This document shows positions 48,354 through 54,702 of a stretch of DNA of 64,000 bases, in pieces. Position numbers and translations under genes: made by a program. Below the pieces are notes generated by a model that saw only the letters and a program-made list of their open reading frames with translations, was not told where the DNA came from and searched no databases. The stretch's first letter is position 1. Every line of letters begins with the position of its first letter. The DNA is taken from IMG/VR virus record IMGVR_UViG_3300043418_000072, positions 248,001 through 312,000 of that record; one strand, written 5' to 3'.

Positions 48354-48782
48354 TTAAAAATCTTCCGTAACTTGCTTTAAGCCTTCAATTTGGTCAAGCT
48401 CAAAGTCTTCAATGTGCTTAACTGATCCGCCATAGTAGCCATTGTGGCTGTTACGCACTTCAATGTCAATGTAGCCGCGGTCGGTTTTGATAGTCCAGAA
48501 CCCGTCTTGAACTACTTCGTATCCGTCTTCTTCGCGATTATCGCCCCAGCCTTTGTCTTCTGTTTCAGTCACCAATGCGCCACGCAATAGATCAAAGCTG
48601 TTACCTTCACCTAGGATAGTAGCACCATTGATGTGATTGAACCACACGCTGTTGCAACAATCGTTCTGTGTATCAAAACGAAAATACTTGCCGCTAACTG
48701 TACGGAATACCAATGCCCAGCTGTCGTTGCCTAGAAAGATTCCGTTAATGCGCTCACCGCGCAATACTTTGAATGCTGACAT
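48354..48782 (-). CDS. Hypothetical phage protein
   Basis: DCCNSVW...TDRG...HNGYYGG; start moved out of the tRNA to MSAFKV. Confidence 0.7.
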   Translation of the reverse strand: MSAFKVLRGERINGIFLGNDSWALVFRTVSGKYFRFDTQNDCCNSVWFNHINGATILGEGNSFDLLRGALVTETEDKGWGDNREEDGYEVVQDGFWTIKTDRGYIDIEVRNSHNGYYGGSVKHIEDFELDQIEGLKQVTEDF

Positions 48783-48800
48783 TGTATTTCCTTTGTTGAT

Positions 48801-48875
48801 TGGTGCGTCTGGATGGAATCGAACCACCATTCCTAAGTTCGTAGCCTAGTGTACTTTCCATTGTACTACAGACGC
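48801..48875 (-). tRNA. tRNA-Arg(ACG)
   Basis: Cloverleaf with CCA. Confidence 0.85.
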
Positions 48876-48879
48876 AAAT

Positions 48880-48956
<77 letters not shown>

Positions 48957-49067
48957 AATATGCTTTACAACACTGTGGGCTGTCCACTCAAGTCCGTGTC
49001 AGACATATAGCAGTACACTAAATCTCGTCTACTATACATTCCAGTTTACTGCTGGTTCAGTTAAAAT

Positions 49068-49143
49068 TGGTGGAGAATATCGGACTCGAACCGATCACCT
49101 ACAGCTTGCAAAGCTGCCGCTCTCCCAGATGAGCTAATTCCCC
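49068..49143 (-). tRNA. tRNA-Ala(TGC)
   Basis: G3-U70, canonical. Confidence 0.9.
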
Positions 49144-49147
49144 AATT

Positions 49148-49221
49148 TGGATGCGGGTGCAAGATTTGAACTTGCGATGCTCCGAGCTTATGAGACTGGA
49201 GTGGTGGCCGCCCTACCCGCT
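49148..49221 (-). tRNA. Atypical tRNA-Met(CAT)-like
   Basis: 1:72 mismatch, reduced D arm, bulged anticodon stem, CCA. Confidence 0.6.
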
Positions 49222-49228
49222 ATAACCT

Positions 49229-49302
49229 TGGTGCCCCATAACAGAATCGAACTGCTATCCCCGGATTACAAAACCGGTGTTCTACCATTTAACTAATGGG
49301 GC
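49229..49302 (-). tRNA. tRNA-Thr(TGT)
   Basis: Cloverleaf with CCA. Confidence 0.9.
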
Positions 49303-49308
49303 GAAATT

Positions 49309-49384
49309 TGGCTGGCAAACCTGGGCTCGAACCAGGGACATCTTGATTAACAGTCAAGCGCTCTACCGACTGAGCTATATGCCA
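49309..49384 (-). tRNA. tRNA-Asn(GTT)
   Basis: Canonical. Confidence 0.9.
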
Positions 49385-49392
49385 ATAACACT

Positions 49393-49421
49393 ATTATATA
49401 TGACACGCACATGCTTGTCAA
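49393..49421 (-). promoter_or_regulatory. Consensus sigma70 promoter within the tRNA array
   Basis: TTGACA-17-TATAAT. Confidence 0.75.
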
Positions 49422-49428
49422 TAAATTT

Positions 49429-49503
49429 TGGTACCCGATGCAAGATTTGAACTTGCGACCAACGGCTTATCAAGCCGCTGCTCTACCACTGAGCTAACCG
49501 GGT
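49429..49503 (-). tRNA. tRNA-Ile(GAT)
   Basis: Cloverleaf with CCA. Confidence 0.9.
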
Positions 49504-49511
49504 AAATTAAA

Positions 49512-49716
49512 TTTGTAAGTAGTTGAGCCGCTGTTATCTCAACGCTTCACCCGAATTAACTAGTCCGGACGGGGGCAGTCTGCCACTAGGAATACTTGTC
49601 CAGTACAGCCTCCAAATGGCCCGCGCACGGTGGGATTCGAACCCATTAACCTTTTACTAAACAACACCTTCGAAGAATATTGAATAGCGTGACGTTCTCT
49701 TGCTGACACTTACAAA
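49512..49716 (-). ncRNA. ~205-nt stem-closed RNA with internal T arm
   Basis: TTTGTAAGT/ACTTACAAA closing stem; central TGGG-TTCGAAT-CCCA. Confidence 0.5.
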
Positions 49717-49718
49717 AC

Positions 49719-49794
49719 TGGCGCCGTGGACGGGAATCGAACCCGCCTAGGTCTCATCGACAGTGAGGTGCCCTACCCAGAGAGCTACCACGGC
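49719..49794 (-). tRNA. tRNA-Asp(GTC), G37 variant
   Basis: Loop CT-GTC-GA. Confidence 0.85.
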
Positions 49795-49801
49795 ATTAAC
49801 T

Positions 49802-49876
49802 TGGAGCGGGTAGTCGGTATCGAGCCGACTACTCAAGTTTGGAAGACTAGTGTGTATCCGTAAACACCTTACCCGC
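49802..49876 (-). tRNA. tRNA-Gly(TCC), divergent
   Basis: T-loop CTCGATA, CCA. Confidence 0.8.
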
Positions 49877-49883
49877 TAAAACT

Positions 49884-49970
49884 TGGAGGATAGAAACAGA
49901 ATCGAACTGTTACCGCTTTCGCAGTAGATCGGTTTAGCAAACCAACTCGGCACCATGCACACTACTATCC
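49884..49970 (-). tRNA. tRNA-Ser(GCT), divergent (U73)
   Basis: Long variable arm, CCA. Confidence 0.7.
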
Positions 49971-49975
49971 ATAAC

Positions 49976-50051
49976 TGGCATCCTGTACGGGAATCGAACC
50001 CGTCTCTACAACTTGAAAGGCTGTTGATCTAAACCGATAATCTAACAGGAT
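49976..50051 (-). tRNA. tRNA-Glu(TTC)
   Basis: Loop CT-TTC-AA. Confidence 0.85.
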
Positions 50052-50058
50052 ATAAAAC

Positions 50059-50135
50059 TGGCGCCTCGTATCGGGCTCGAACCGACGGCCTCAACAGTGA
50101 CAGTGTTGCGCTCTAACCAACTGAGCTAACGAAGC
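50059..50135 (-). tRNA. tRNA-Asp(GTC)
   Basis: Canonical. Confidence 0.9.
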
Positions 50136-50142
50136 ATAAATT

Positions 50143-50460
50143 TCGAGGAGCATCATTCTTGAGGACTCTTACCCCACCCTTTTGCTCACGCTGTTGTTCA
50201 CTGCGATTGCCACCATGCTCCCTCGCTGGCGGGTGTTTACTTTGTGGCTCTTGCTTTCCACTTGATTCTGTTAGTTCAAGGAATACACGGCGTTAAACTA
50301 ACCCACAAACTAGATGTGGTGATTAACTTCTGTCCTTGTTGCAGTCTTTCCGCTAACAATACTTTTCCTTACCCTACTGGACCGACTTTGCTTATCGTTC
50401 GTCACTTTCGTGAAGCCCGGGAAGTCTCTCCCGGGTCGGTTTCCGTCTACTCTAGTACTC
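50143..50460 (-). ncRNA. Block of unidentified structured RNA(s)
   Basis: CCCGGGA/TCCCGGG, TCAC-GAAA-GTGA, CCGAC/GTCGG and GAGCAT/ATGCTC helices; no credible ORF. Confidence 0.4.
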
Positions 50461-50478
50461 ACTATTGTCTTAGTGTTT

Positions 50479-50564
50479 TGGTGGGGATAGTTAGATTCGA
50501 ACCAACTCATCCAGTGGAAACAGATTTACAGTCTGCCGCGCCTCTCCAACTGCGCCGTATCCCC
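50479..50564 (-). tRNA. tRNA-Tyr(GTA)
   Basis: Long variable arm, CCA. Confidence 0.9.
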
Positions 50565-50576
50565 ATTATTTCTTTA

Positions 50577-50756
50577 TGCTGTTAAGGCTGATATCTAATA
50601 AACCCTACTAGGAATCGAACCTAGGCCCCCGACGGATTATGCCGGTGTGCGTCCACTACACTATAGAGACTCCCTCCTCTTTCGCTCGGCAAAGCTACAC
50701 GAATTGAGGTTAGATTTCAGACTGCTTTCAGATTGCCGTCATCAGCCTTAACAACA
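50577..50756 (-). ncRNA. tRNA-like domain on long closing stem (Y-RNA-like architecture)
   Basis: ~16-bp terminal duplex TGTTAAGGCTGAT; D arm, CTAGG-TTCGATT-CCTAG; no CCA. Confidence 0.55.
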
Positions 50757-50762
50757 CAAACT

Positions 50763-50832
50763 TGGCGCCCCTAACAGGAATCGAACCTGTCTACGTTCGG
50801 CTTCAAATCCGACTCGCAACTCAGTCCGGGGC
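50763..50832 (-). tRNA. D-armless tRNA-like RNA with 8-nt anticodon loop
   Basis: GCCCC/GGGGC-G-CCA, T arm, TCGG-ATTTGAAG-CCGA. Confidence 0.55.
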
Positions 50833-50842
50833 ATAAACTTAT

Positions 50843-50987
50843 GTACATCAGCGGGATTCGAACCCGCACACATCACCCGAACATACCGCATTGTTAGCGG
50901 CTTACACATCCTAGGCCACTGGCCTTTACTGTCGATGTCCTACTTAGTGTTATGGGTAATGCTCTCCCAATTGATAGTATGACGCAC
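50843..50987 (-). ncRNA. tRNA-like RNA with ~75-nt anticodon-arm insertion
   Basis: 8-bp acceptor, D arm, CATTACCC/GGGTGATG stem, T arm; no CCA. Confidence 0.55.
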
Positions 50988-51061
50988 GAAATAGAAACAC
51001 ATTGCTAGTTTCGCCTTGAGCCGACTTTAAAATCAGATGCGGTTTAAGCAATGTGAAAACT

Positions 51062-51201
51062 TGGTGTAGTAATTGGGACTTGAACCCAACTAGTTATCTG
51101 TTTTTACAAACGGGTGATATCACTTCCCATCGCCATATGCCCCTCGGGTTTGCAATCCTGCTACGCACACAGTCAAATAACCTGTCAACCTAACTTACCA
51201 C
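51062..51201 (-). ncRNA. 140-nt tmRNA-like RNA (Ala-identity tRNA-like domain)
   Basis: GTGGTAA/TTACTAC-A-CCA with G3-U70, stemless D loop ending GAC, 9-bp P2-like helix, T arm. Confidence 0.5.
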
Positions 51202-51208
51202 AAAAACT

Positions 51209-51283
51209 TGGAAGAGCTACGGGGAATCGAACCCCGCTTGCCTGGATGAAAACCAGATGTCCTAACCGATAGACGATAGCTCC
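51209..51283 (-). tRNA. tRNA-Glu(TTC), divergent
   Basis: Loop TT-TTC-AT, U73. Confidence 0.8.
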
Positions 51284-51284
51284 A

Positions 51285-51367
51285 CTATATGTAAACACAA
51301 TACTCATCCGCTTTACGCTAATATCACTTTAGGCGATTTGATTGTTCGGCATTGTGTTTGCATATAG
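51285..51367 (-). ncRNA. Stem-closed small RNA
   Basis: Terminal duplex matches 33348-33434. Confidence 0.45.
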
Positions 51368-51404
51368 AGCCCTGTAACTTGTACAGGGATATATGACAGT
51401 ATCT

Positions 51405-51414
51405 TTTTAAAGAC
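51405..51414 (-). promoter_or_regulatory. boxA-like element followed by a CCTGTA hairpin
   Basis: GTCTTTAAAA downstream of tandem promoters. Confidence 0.4.
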
Positions 51415-51467
51415 TGTTAGCATTACAGTACGATCACTGCGCTGCGTTGTTTGTTTAACATGTATGT

Positions 51468-51496
51468 ATTATAGTACCAATTTCTTTATTGGACAA
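51468..51496 (-). promoter_or_regulatory. sigma70-type promoter
   Basis: TTGTCC-17-TATAAT. Confidence 0.6.
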
Positions 51497-51562
51497 CTGT
51501 TATTTTCTAACTGTTGTTTTTATGCTACTCTACACTTTATGCTAATTTCTTAACATGTGTGT

Positions 51563-51591
51563 ATTATAGCACCCATTTCATTAAGTGTCAA
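51563..51591 (-). promoter_or_regulatory. Consensus sigma70 promoter
   Basis: TTGACA-17-TATAAT; spacer start CTTAATGAAA shared with the 34878 promoter. Confidence 0.8.
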
Positions 51592-51594
51592 ATT

Positions 51595-51671
51595 TGGTAC
51601 CCCTGGCTGGATTCGAACCTGCAACCAAAAGATTTTAAGTCTGTCCGCACTACCAATTAGCGTACAGGGGC
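51595..51671 (-). tRNA. tRNA-Leu(TAA), short variable loop
   Basis: 77 nt, loop CT-TAA-AA, A73. Confidence 0.8.
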
Positions 51672-51674
51672 ATA

Positions 51675-51751
51675 TGGTACCTTCGGGCGGATTCGAACCC
51701 CCAACCAACAGTTTCTAAAACTATCCGCACTACCAATTAGCGTACGAAGGC
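51675..51751 (-). tRNA. tRNA-Leu(TAG), short variable loop
   Basis: 77 nt, loop TT-TAG-AA. Confidence 0.8.
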
Positions 51752-51759
51752 ATTGTATG

Positions 51760-52016
51760 TGGCTTCGTTAGCAGGACTCGAACCTGCGACCCGGGGCTTA
51801 AATCGCGTATGCTGGGTGCCCCGTGAGTTTCCAAAAGTTACCCTCACATCCCCTCAATGCCTTATCTCACTTTTCACACATTTCAACCTGTCCCGCACTT
51901 CCCGGGCTCACAGTGTTTGGTTTTAAAGCCTACGCGATTGTTATCTACTTTGTGCTACTAGATGTATTATCTCATCTACTCAATGCTGCTCTACCTTCTC
52001 TCTACTCTATAACGAA
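51760..52016 (-). ncRNA. 257-nt tRNA-like RNA with large internal domain
   Basis: TTCGTTA/TAACGAA-G-CCA, T arm, internal AATCGCGTA/TACGCGATT helix. Confidence 0.55.
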
Positions 52017-52023
52017 ATAAACT

Positions 52024-52100
52024 TGGTACCCCGTGTCTGATTCGAACAGACAGCCAACTCCTTTTGAGAGAATCCGCACTACCAATTAGCGTAACGGGGC
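52024..52100 (-). tRNA. tRNA-Leu(CAA), short variable loop
   Basis: 77 nt, loop CT-CAA-AA. Confidence 0.8.
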
Positions 52101-52110
52101 ATTTAAATTT

Positions 52111-52186
52111 TGGTGCAACCTCCAGGGATCGAACCTGGTTCAATGGCTCTTCAGACCACCGCTATGACCACATCAGCTAAAGTTGC
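52111..52186 (-). tRNA. tRNA-Phe(GAA), G37 variant
   Basis: Loop CT-GAA-GA. Confidence 0.85.
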
Positions 52187-52189
52187 ATT

Positions 52190-52264
52190 TGGTAGTTCCT
52201 AGTGGTGTCGAACCACCGACCTCTACAATGTCAATGTAGCGTTCTACCGCTGAACTAAGGAACT
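52190..52264 (-). tRNA. tRNA-Val(GAC)
   Basis: Cloverleaf with CCA. Confidence 0.9.
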
Positions 52265-52271
52265 ATAAAAC

Positions 52272-52345
52272 TGGCACGGGAACCGGGGCTCGAACCCGGA
52301 ACGACAGAGTCAAAGTCTGTTGTGTTACCATTACACCATCCCCGA
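52272..52345 (-). tRNA. tRNA-Gln(TTG)
   Basis: Loop CT-TTG-AC. Confidence 0.9.
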
Positions 52346-52353
52346 ACAAAAAT

Positions 52354-52432
52354 TGGACACTGTGGTGTAAGTTGCAGTACACATTACTAACTATTTGCAA
52401 GGCTACACATAGCGGCCCCGCTTAACACAGTG
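52354..52432 (-). tRNA. Highly atypical tRNA-like RNA, possibly Cys (GCA + U73)
   Basis: Perfect 7-bp acceptor CACTGTG/CACAGTG-U-CCA, non-canonical T loop, TTGCAAA in the central loop. Confidence 0.45.
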
Positions 52433-52440
52433 ATAAAAAT

Positions 52441-52612
52441 TGGAGTCTAGTGCTGTTGTGACACAGCAACATCCCTTGAGCGAGAGCGTAGGAACTAAAT
52501 CTACGGGTTTAACACCTCTTGGGTTGAACAGTCAGGACAATTACTTTGTAAGCGTACTAAACAGCGCCTGTTCAGAGCGCTCCCTTTGGGTTACTTTCAT
52601 TTCCAACTAGAC
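52441..52612 (-). ncRNA. 172-nt tRNA-like RNA (acceptor + CCA, large interior)
   Basis: GTCTAGT/ACTAGAC-U-CCA and a GCTGT/ACAGC arm in the T-arm position. Confidence 0.5.
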
Positions 52613-52617
52613 ATAAT

Positions 52618-52696
52618 TGGCTCCGAGTGTGGGAATCGAACCCACCTAACCACTGATTAACAGTCAGGTCCCTGCACCTTGCTTGGATTTCTCGGA
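52618..52696 (-). tRNA. tRNA-Asn(GTT), divergent
   Basis: Altered D arm, CCA. Confidence 0.8.
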
Positions 52697-52702
52697 ATAA
52701 CT

Positions 52703-52778
52703 TGGTGCCCCAGTCCGGAATCGAACCGACTTCTCCTGCTTACAAGACAGGACCTCATCCATTAAAGGTTTCAAGGGC
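52703..52778 (-). tRNA. tRNA-Thr(TGT), divergent
   Basis: Loop CT-TGT-AA, CCA. Confidence 0.8.
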
Positions 52779-52783
52779 ATATA

Positions 52784-52860
52784 TGGCATACCAGGAGAGA
52801 TTCGAACTCCCATCACGCAATTTTGGAGACTGCTGTTCTGCCAATTGGAACTACTGGTAT
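52784..52860 (-). tRNA. tRNA-Trp(CCA) with U11-A24
   Basis: D stem GTTC/GAAC; loop CT-CCA-AA. Confidence 0.9.
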
Positions 52861-52867
52861 ATAAACT

Positions 52868-52951
52868 TGGTGGATACTGTAGGAATCGAACCTACTCACT
52901 TTACGAACTGGGTTACAGCCAGCCACACCTCTCCAACTGTGTCGAGTATCC
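52868..52951 (-). tRNA. tRNA-Tyr(GTA)
   Basis: Loop CT-GTA-AC, long variable arm. Confidence 0.85.
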
Positions 52952-52959
52952 ATTAACTT

Positions 52960-53033
52960 TGGTACCTGGTACAAGAATCGAACTTGTGATAAAGGCTTAT
53001 CAAGCCTCCGTTATACCATTTAACTAACCAGGT
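52960..53033 (-). tRNA. tRNA-Ile(GAT)
   Basis: Cloverleaf with CCA. Confidence 0.9.
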
Positions 53034-53039
53034 AAAATT

Positions 53040-53128
53040 TGGCGGGGAGATAGTAGAATCGAACTCTAACCACTTTCGCAGTCCATCGGTTTTCAAGACC
53101 GTGACAGGCCCAGCCTGCATAACTCCCC
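53040..53128 (-). tRNA. tRNA-Ser(TGA), divergent
   Basis: Long variable arm, G73, bulged T stem. Confidence 0.75.
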
Positions 53129-53133
53129 GTGAT

Positions 53134-53207
53134 TGGTCTGGGTAGCTGGAATCGAACCAGCGCCTCGAGTATCCAAGACTCGTCGACTACCATTATCCTA
53201 TACCCAG
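53134..53207 (-). tRNA. tRNA-Pro(TGG), A37 variant
   Basis: Loop CT-TGG-AT. Confidence 0.85.
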
Positions 53208-53214
53208 ATTATTT

Positions 53215-53289
53215 TGGTGGAGGCCGGGGGTATCGAACCCCTCTAGACAATCTACGTGCAAGGCAGATCCGCAGCCCTCTGCTGCCCCC
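53215..53289 (-). tRNA. tRNA-Ala(TGC), atypical D arm
   Basis: G3-U70; D arm GCAG-AGGG-CTGC. Confidence 0.7.
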
Positions 53290-53296
53290 ATAAAAG

Positions 53297-53446
53297 GTTT
53301 TTGAGAGCCCAACTATCCTCCTGGGAGGACTCACTGGATTGTCTCGTATGGACGAGTTTATCAACCACTATAGCAGCCTGGCGTTATCATGTAGTAGACA
53401 CTACACTATGCTATGTGGGACTCAAGTCCTACGTCTATCTCAAAAC
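53297..53446 (-). ncRNA. Stem-closed structured RNA
   Basis: TTTTGAGA/TCTCAAAA closure with several internal hairpins. Confidence 0.35.
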
Positions 53447-53447
53447 T

Positions 53448-53522
53448 TGGTGGATGTAGCTAGATTCGAACTAGCGATAGTTACCGTATGAAGGTAGTGC
53501 ATTACCACTTTGCTATACATCC
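53448..53522 (-). tRNA. tRNA-Met(CAT), elongator-like
   Basis: Loop TT-CAT-AC, CCA. Confidence 0.8.
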
Positions 53523-53844
53523 AAATATATTCCTTAAGGTTTCCGGCGCTGGGCTCGGACATAGTATAGAATCAGAATCTATCTATCATCGTCATCCTTA
53601 AGGTATTCATAAACAAACTAGTGGGTCGCTGCCAAAAAATATGTTTCAAATATATTCTAGTCTTCTAGTTTGTTTGTGAATACCCTGTATTGCTACAGGA
53701 TATGTTAGGGTCGATACCCTAACCAGTTATTTGTACTCTGCTGTTACCGCCAGCATTTCATCCAACTGTCCGCCCGTTTAAAGATTATTATAGTGTTCTT
53801 TCAGGTCCTCGTTACCTGGGCATATAGCACTTATCTAACACTGT

Positions 53845-53997
53845 CTATGCGTGAAGTGAAAACTTTTTACGGCTTTCTAGTTCCTTCCTTGCACGTTCTA
53901 ACTTTTCTTGAATCAACGTATTACGTTGTTCTGTTGTTAGCGTATGCTCGGCAGTAAACTTTACTTCACGAATTCTTTTATTAAAGTCTACCTTCAA
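53845..53997 (-). CDS. Small basic protein (50 aa)
   Basis: AAGGA RBS, TTG start just after the terminator: MKVDFNKRIREVKF... Confidence 0.4.
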   Translation of the reverse strand: MKVDFNKRIREVKFTAEHTLTTEQRNTLIQEKLERARKELESRKKFSLHA

Positions 53998-54010
53998 AAA
54001 TTTCTTCCTT

Positions 54011-54045
54011 AAAACAAAAAACCCTAGGGTTTTTAATCCTAGGGT
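54011..54045 (-). terminator. Intrinsic terminator of putative attenuator
   Basis: ACCCTAGG/CCTAGGGT followed by TTTTTGTTTT. Confidence 0.75.
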
Positions 54046-54071
54046 CCTTTAAGTTTGTTAGCTACTACTTG

Positions 54072-54221
54072 TTAAGCGTAACCACTTCCCTCTAAGAACC
54101 CTAAACTAATCTCCGGTGCGCGATCATTCGTATTCAAACTAAACGACATCCCTGACCAATAGGCCACTGTGCCTAAGGTAGACTGTTGTTGTTTAAGTGA
54201 ATGAAGAATGTTTTGCATCAT
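54072..54221 (-). CDS. Putative leaderless leader peptide (49 aa)
   Basis: ATG 6 nt after the -10 box; contains the antiterminator strand 54094-54103. Confidence 0.6.
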   Translation of the reverse strand: MMQNILHSLKQQQSTLGTVAYWSGMSFSLNTNDRAPEISLGFLEGSGYA

Positions 54222-54227
54222 GTTAGT

Positions 54228-54256
54228 ATTGTATGTTTATTTACCTTTGTTGTCAA
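54228..54256 (-). promoter_or_regulatory. sigma70 promoter for the leader/tRNA operon
   Basis: TTGACA-17-TACAAT. Confidence 0.75.
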
Positions 54257-54331
54257 CCTCTTTAACAACATCTGGTAAATTTATTTATCTTTTTGTTTAA
54301 ACTTTCGTTTCTTTGTTTGTTACAAGCCTCA

Positions 54332-54360
54332 ATTGTATGACACTTGTCTTTCTGTGTCAA
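54332..54360 (-). promoter_or_regulatory. sigma70 promoter
   Basis: TTGACA-17-TACAAT. Confidence 0.65.
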
Positions 54361-54377
54361 CTACAACTTTTACCATT

Positions 54378-54461
54378 TGGTGCGAGAGACGGGACTCGAA
54401 CCCGTAAGCCTTTCGGCGGCAGATTTTAAGTCTGCTGTGTATACCATTCCACCACTCTCGC
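54378..54461 (-). tRNA. tRNA-Leu(TAA), long variable arm
   Basis: Canonical. Confidence 0.9.
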
Positions 54462-54470
54462 GATACTTCT

Positions 54471-54499
54471 ATTATATATGCTTAACACAAGAGTGTCAA
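54471..54499 (-). promoter_or_regulatory. Consensus sigma70 promoter
   Basis: TTGACA-17-TATAAT. Confidence 0.75.
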
Positions 54500-54509
54500 G
54501 CAATTTGTT

Positions 54510-54584
54510 TGGTCCGGCGTGCAGGAATCGAACCCACATTCGCAAGGTAGAAGCTTGCTGTACTATCCATTGTACTAACGCCAG
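54510..54584 (-). tRNA. tRNA-Arg(TCT)
   Basis: Loop CT-TCT-AC. Confidence 0.85.
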
Positions 54585-54589
54585 AAATT

Positions 54590-54664
54590 TGGTGCACCAA
54601 CTTGGAATTGAACCAAGACTCAACCGATTATGAGTCGGCTGCTTTACCATTAAGCTATTGGTGC
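54590..54664 (-). tRNA. tRNA-Ile2/Met(CAT)
   Basis: GCCGA-CTCATAA-TCGG arm typical of lysidine tRNA-Ile2. Confidence 0.8.
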
Positions 54665-54673
54665 ATAACGAAC

Positions 54674-54702
54674 ATTATAACTAATTGATCATTGCGTGTC
54701 AA
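54674..54702 (-). promoter_or_regulatory. Consensus sigma70 promoter
   Basis: TTGACA-17-TATAAT. Confidence 0.7.

Noticed and set aside
49976-50051. Possible UCA (opal) anticodon in the TTGAAAG loop
   Set aside because: The stem register gives loop CT-TTC-AA, which is Glu.
51760-52016. Canonical tmRNA or group I intron-containing tRNA
   Set aside because: No G3-U70, no recognisable tag frame and no group I core motifs; kept only as an unclassified tRNA-like RNA.
54510-54584. Possible CUA (amber) anticodon
   Set aside because: The stem register gives loop CT-TCT-AC, which is Arg.
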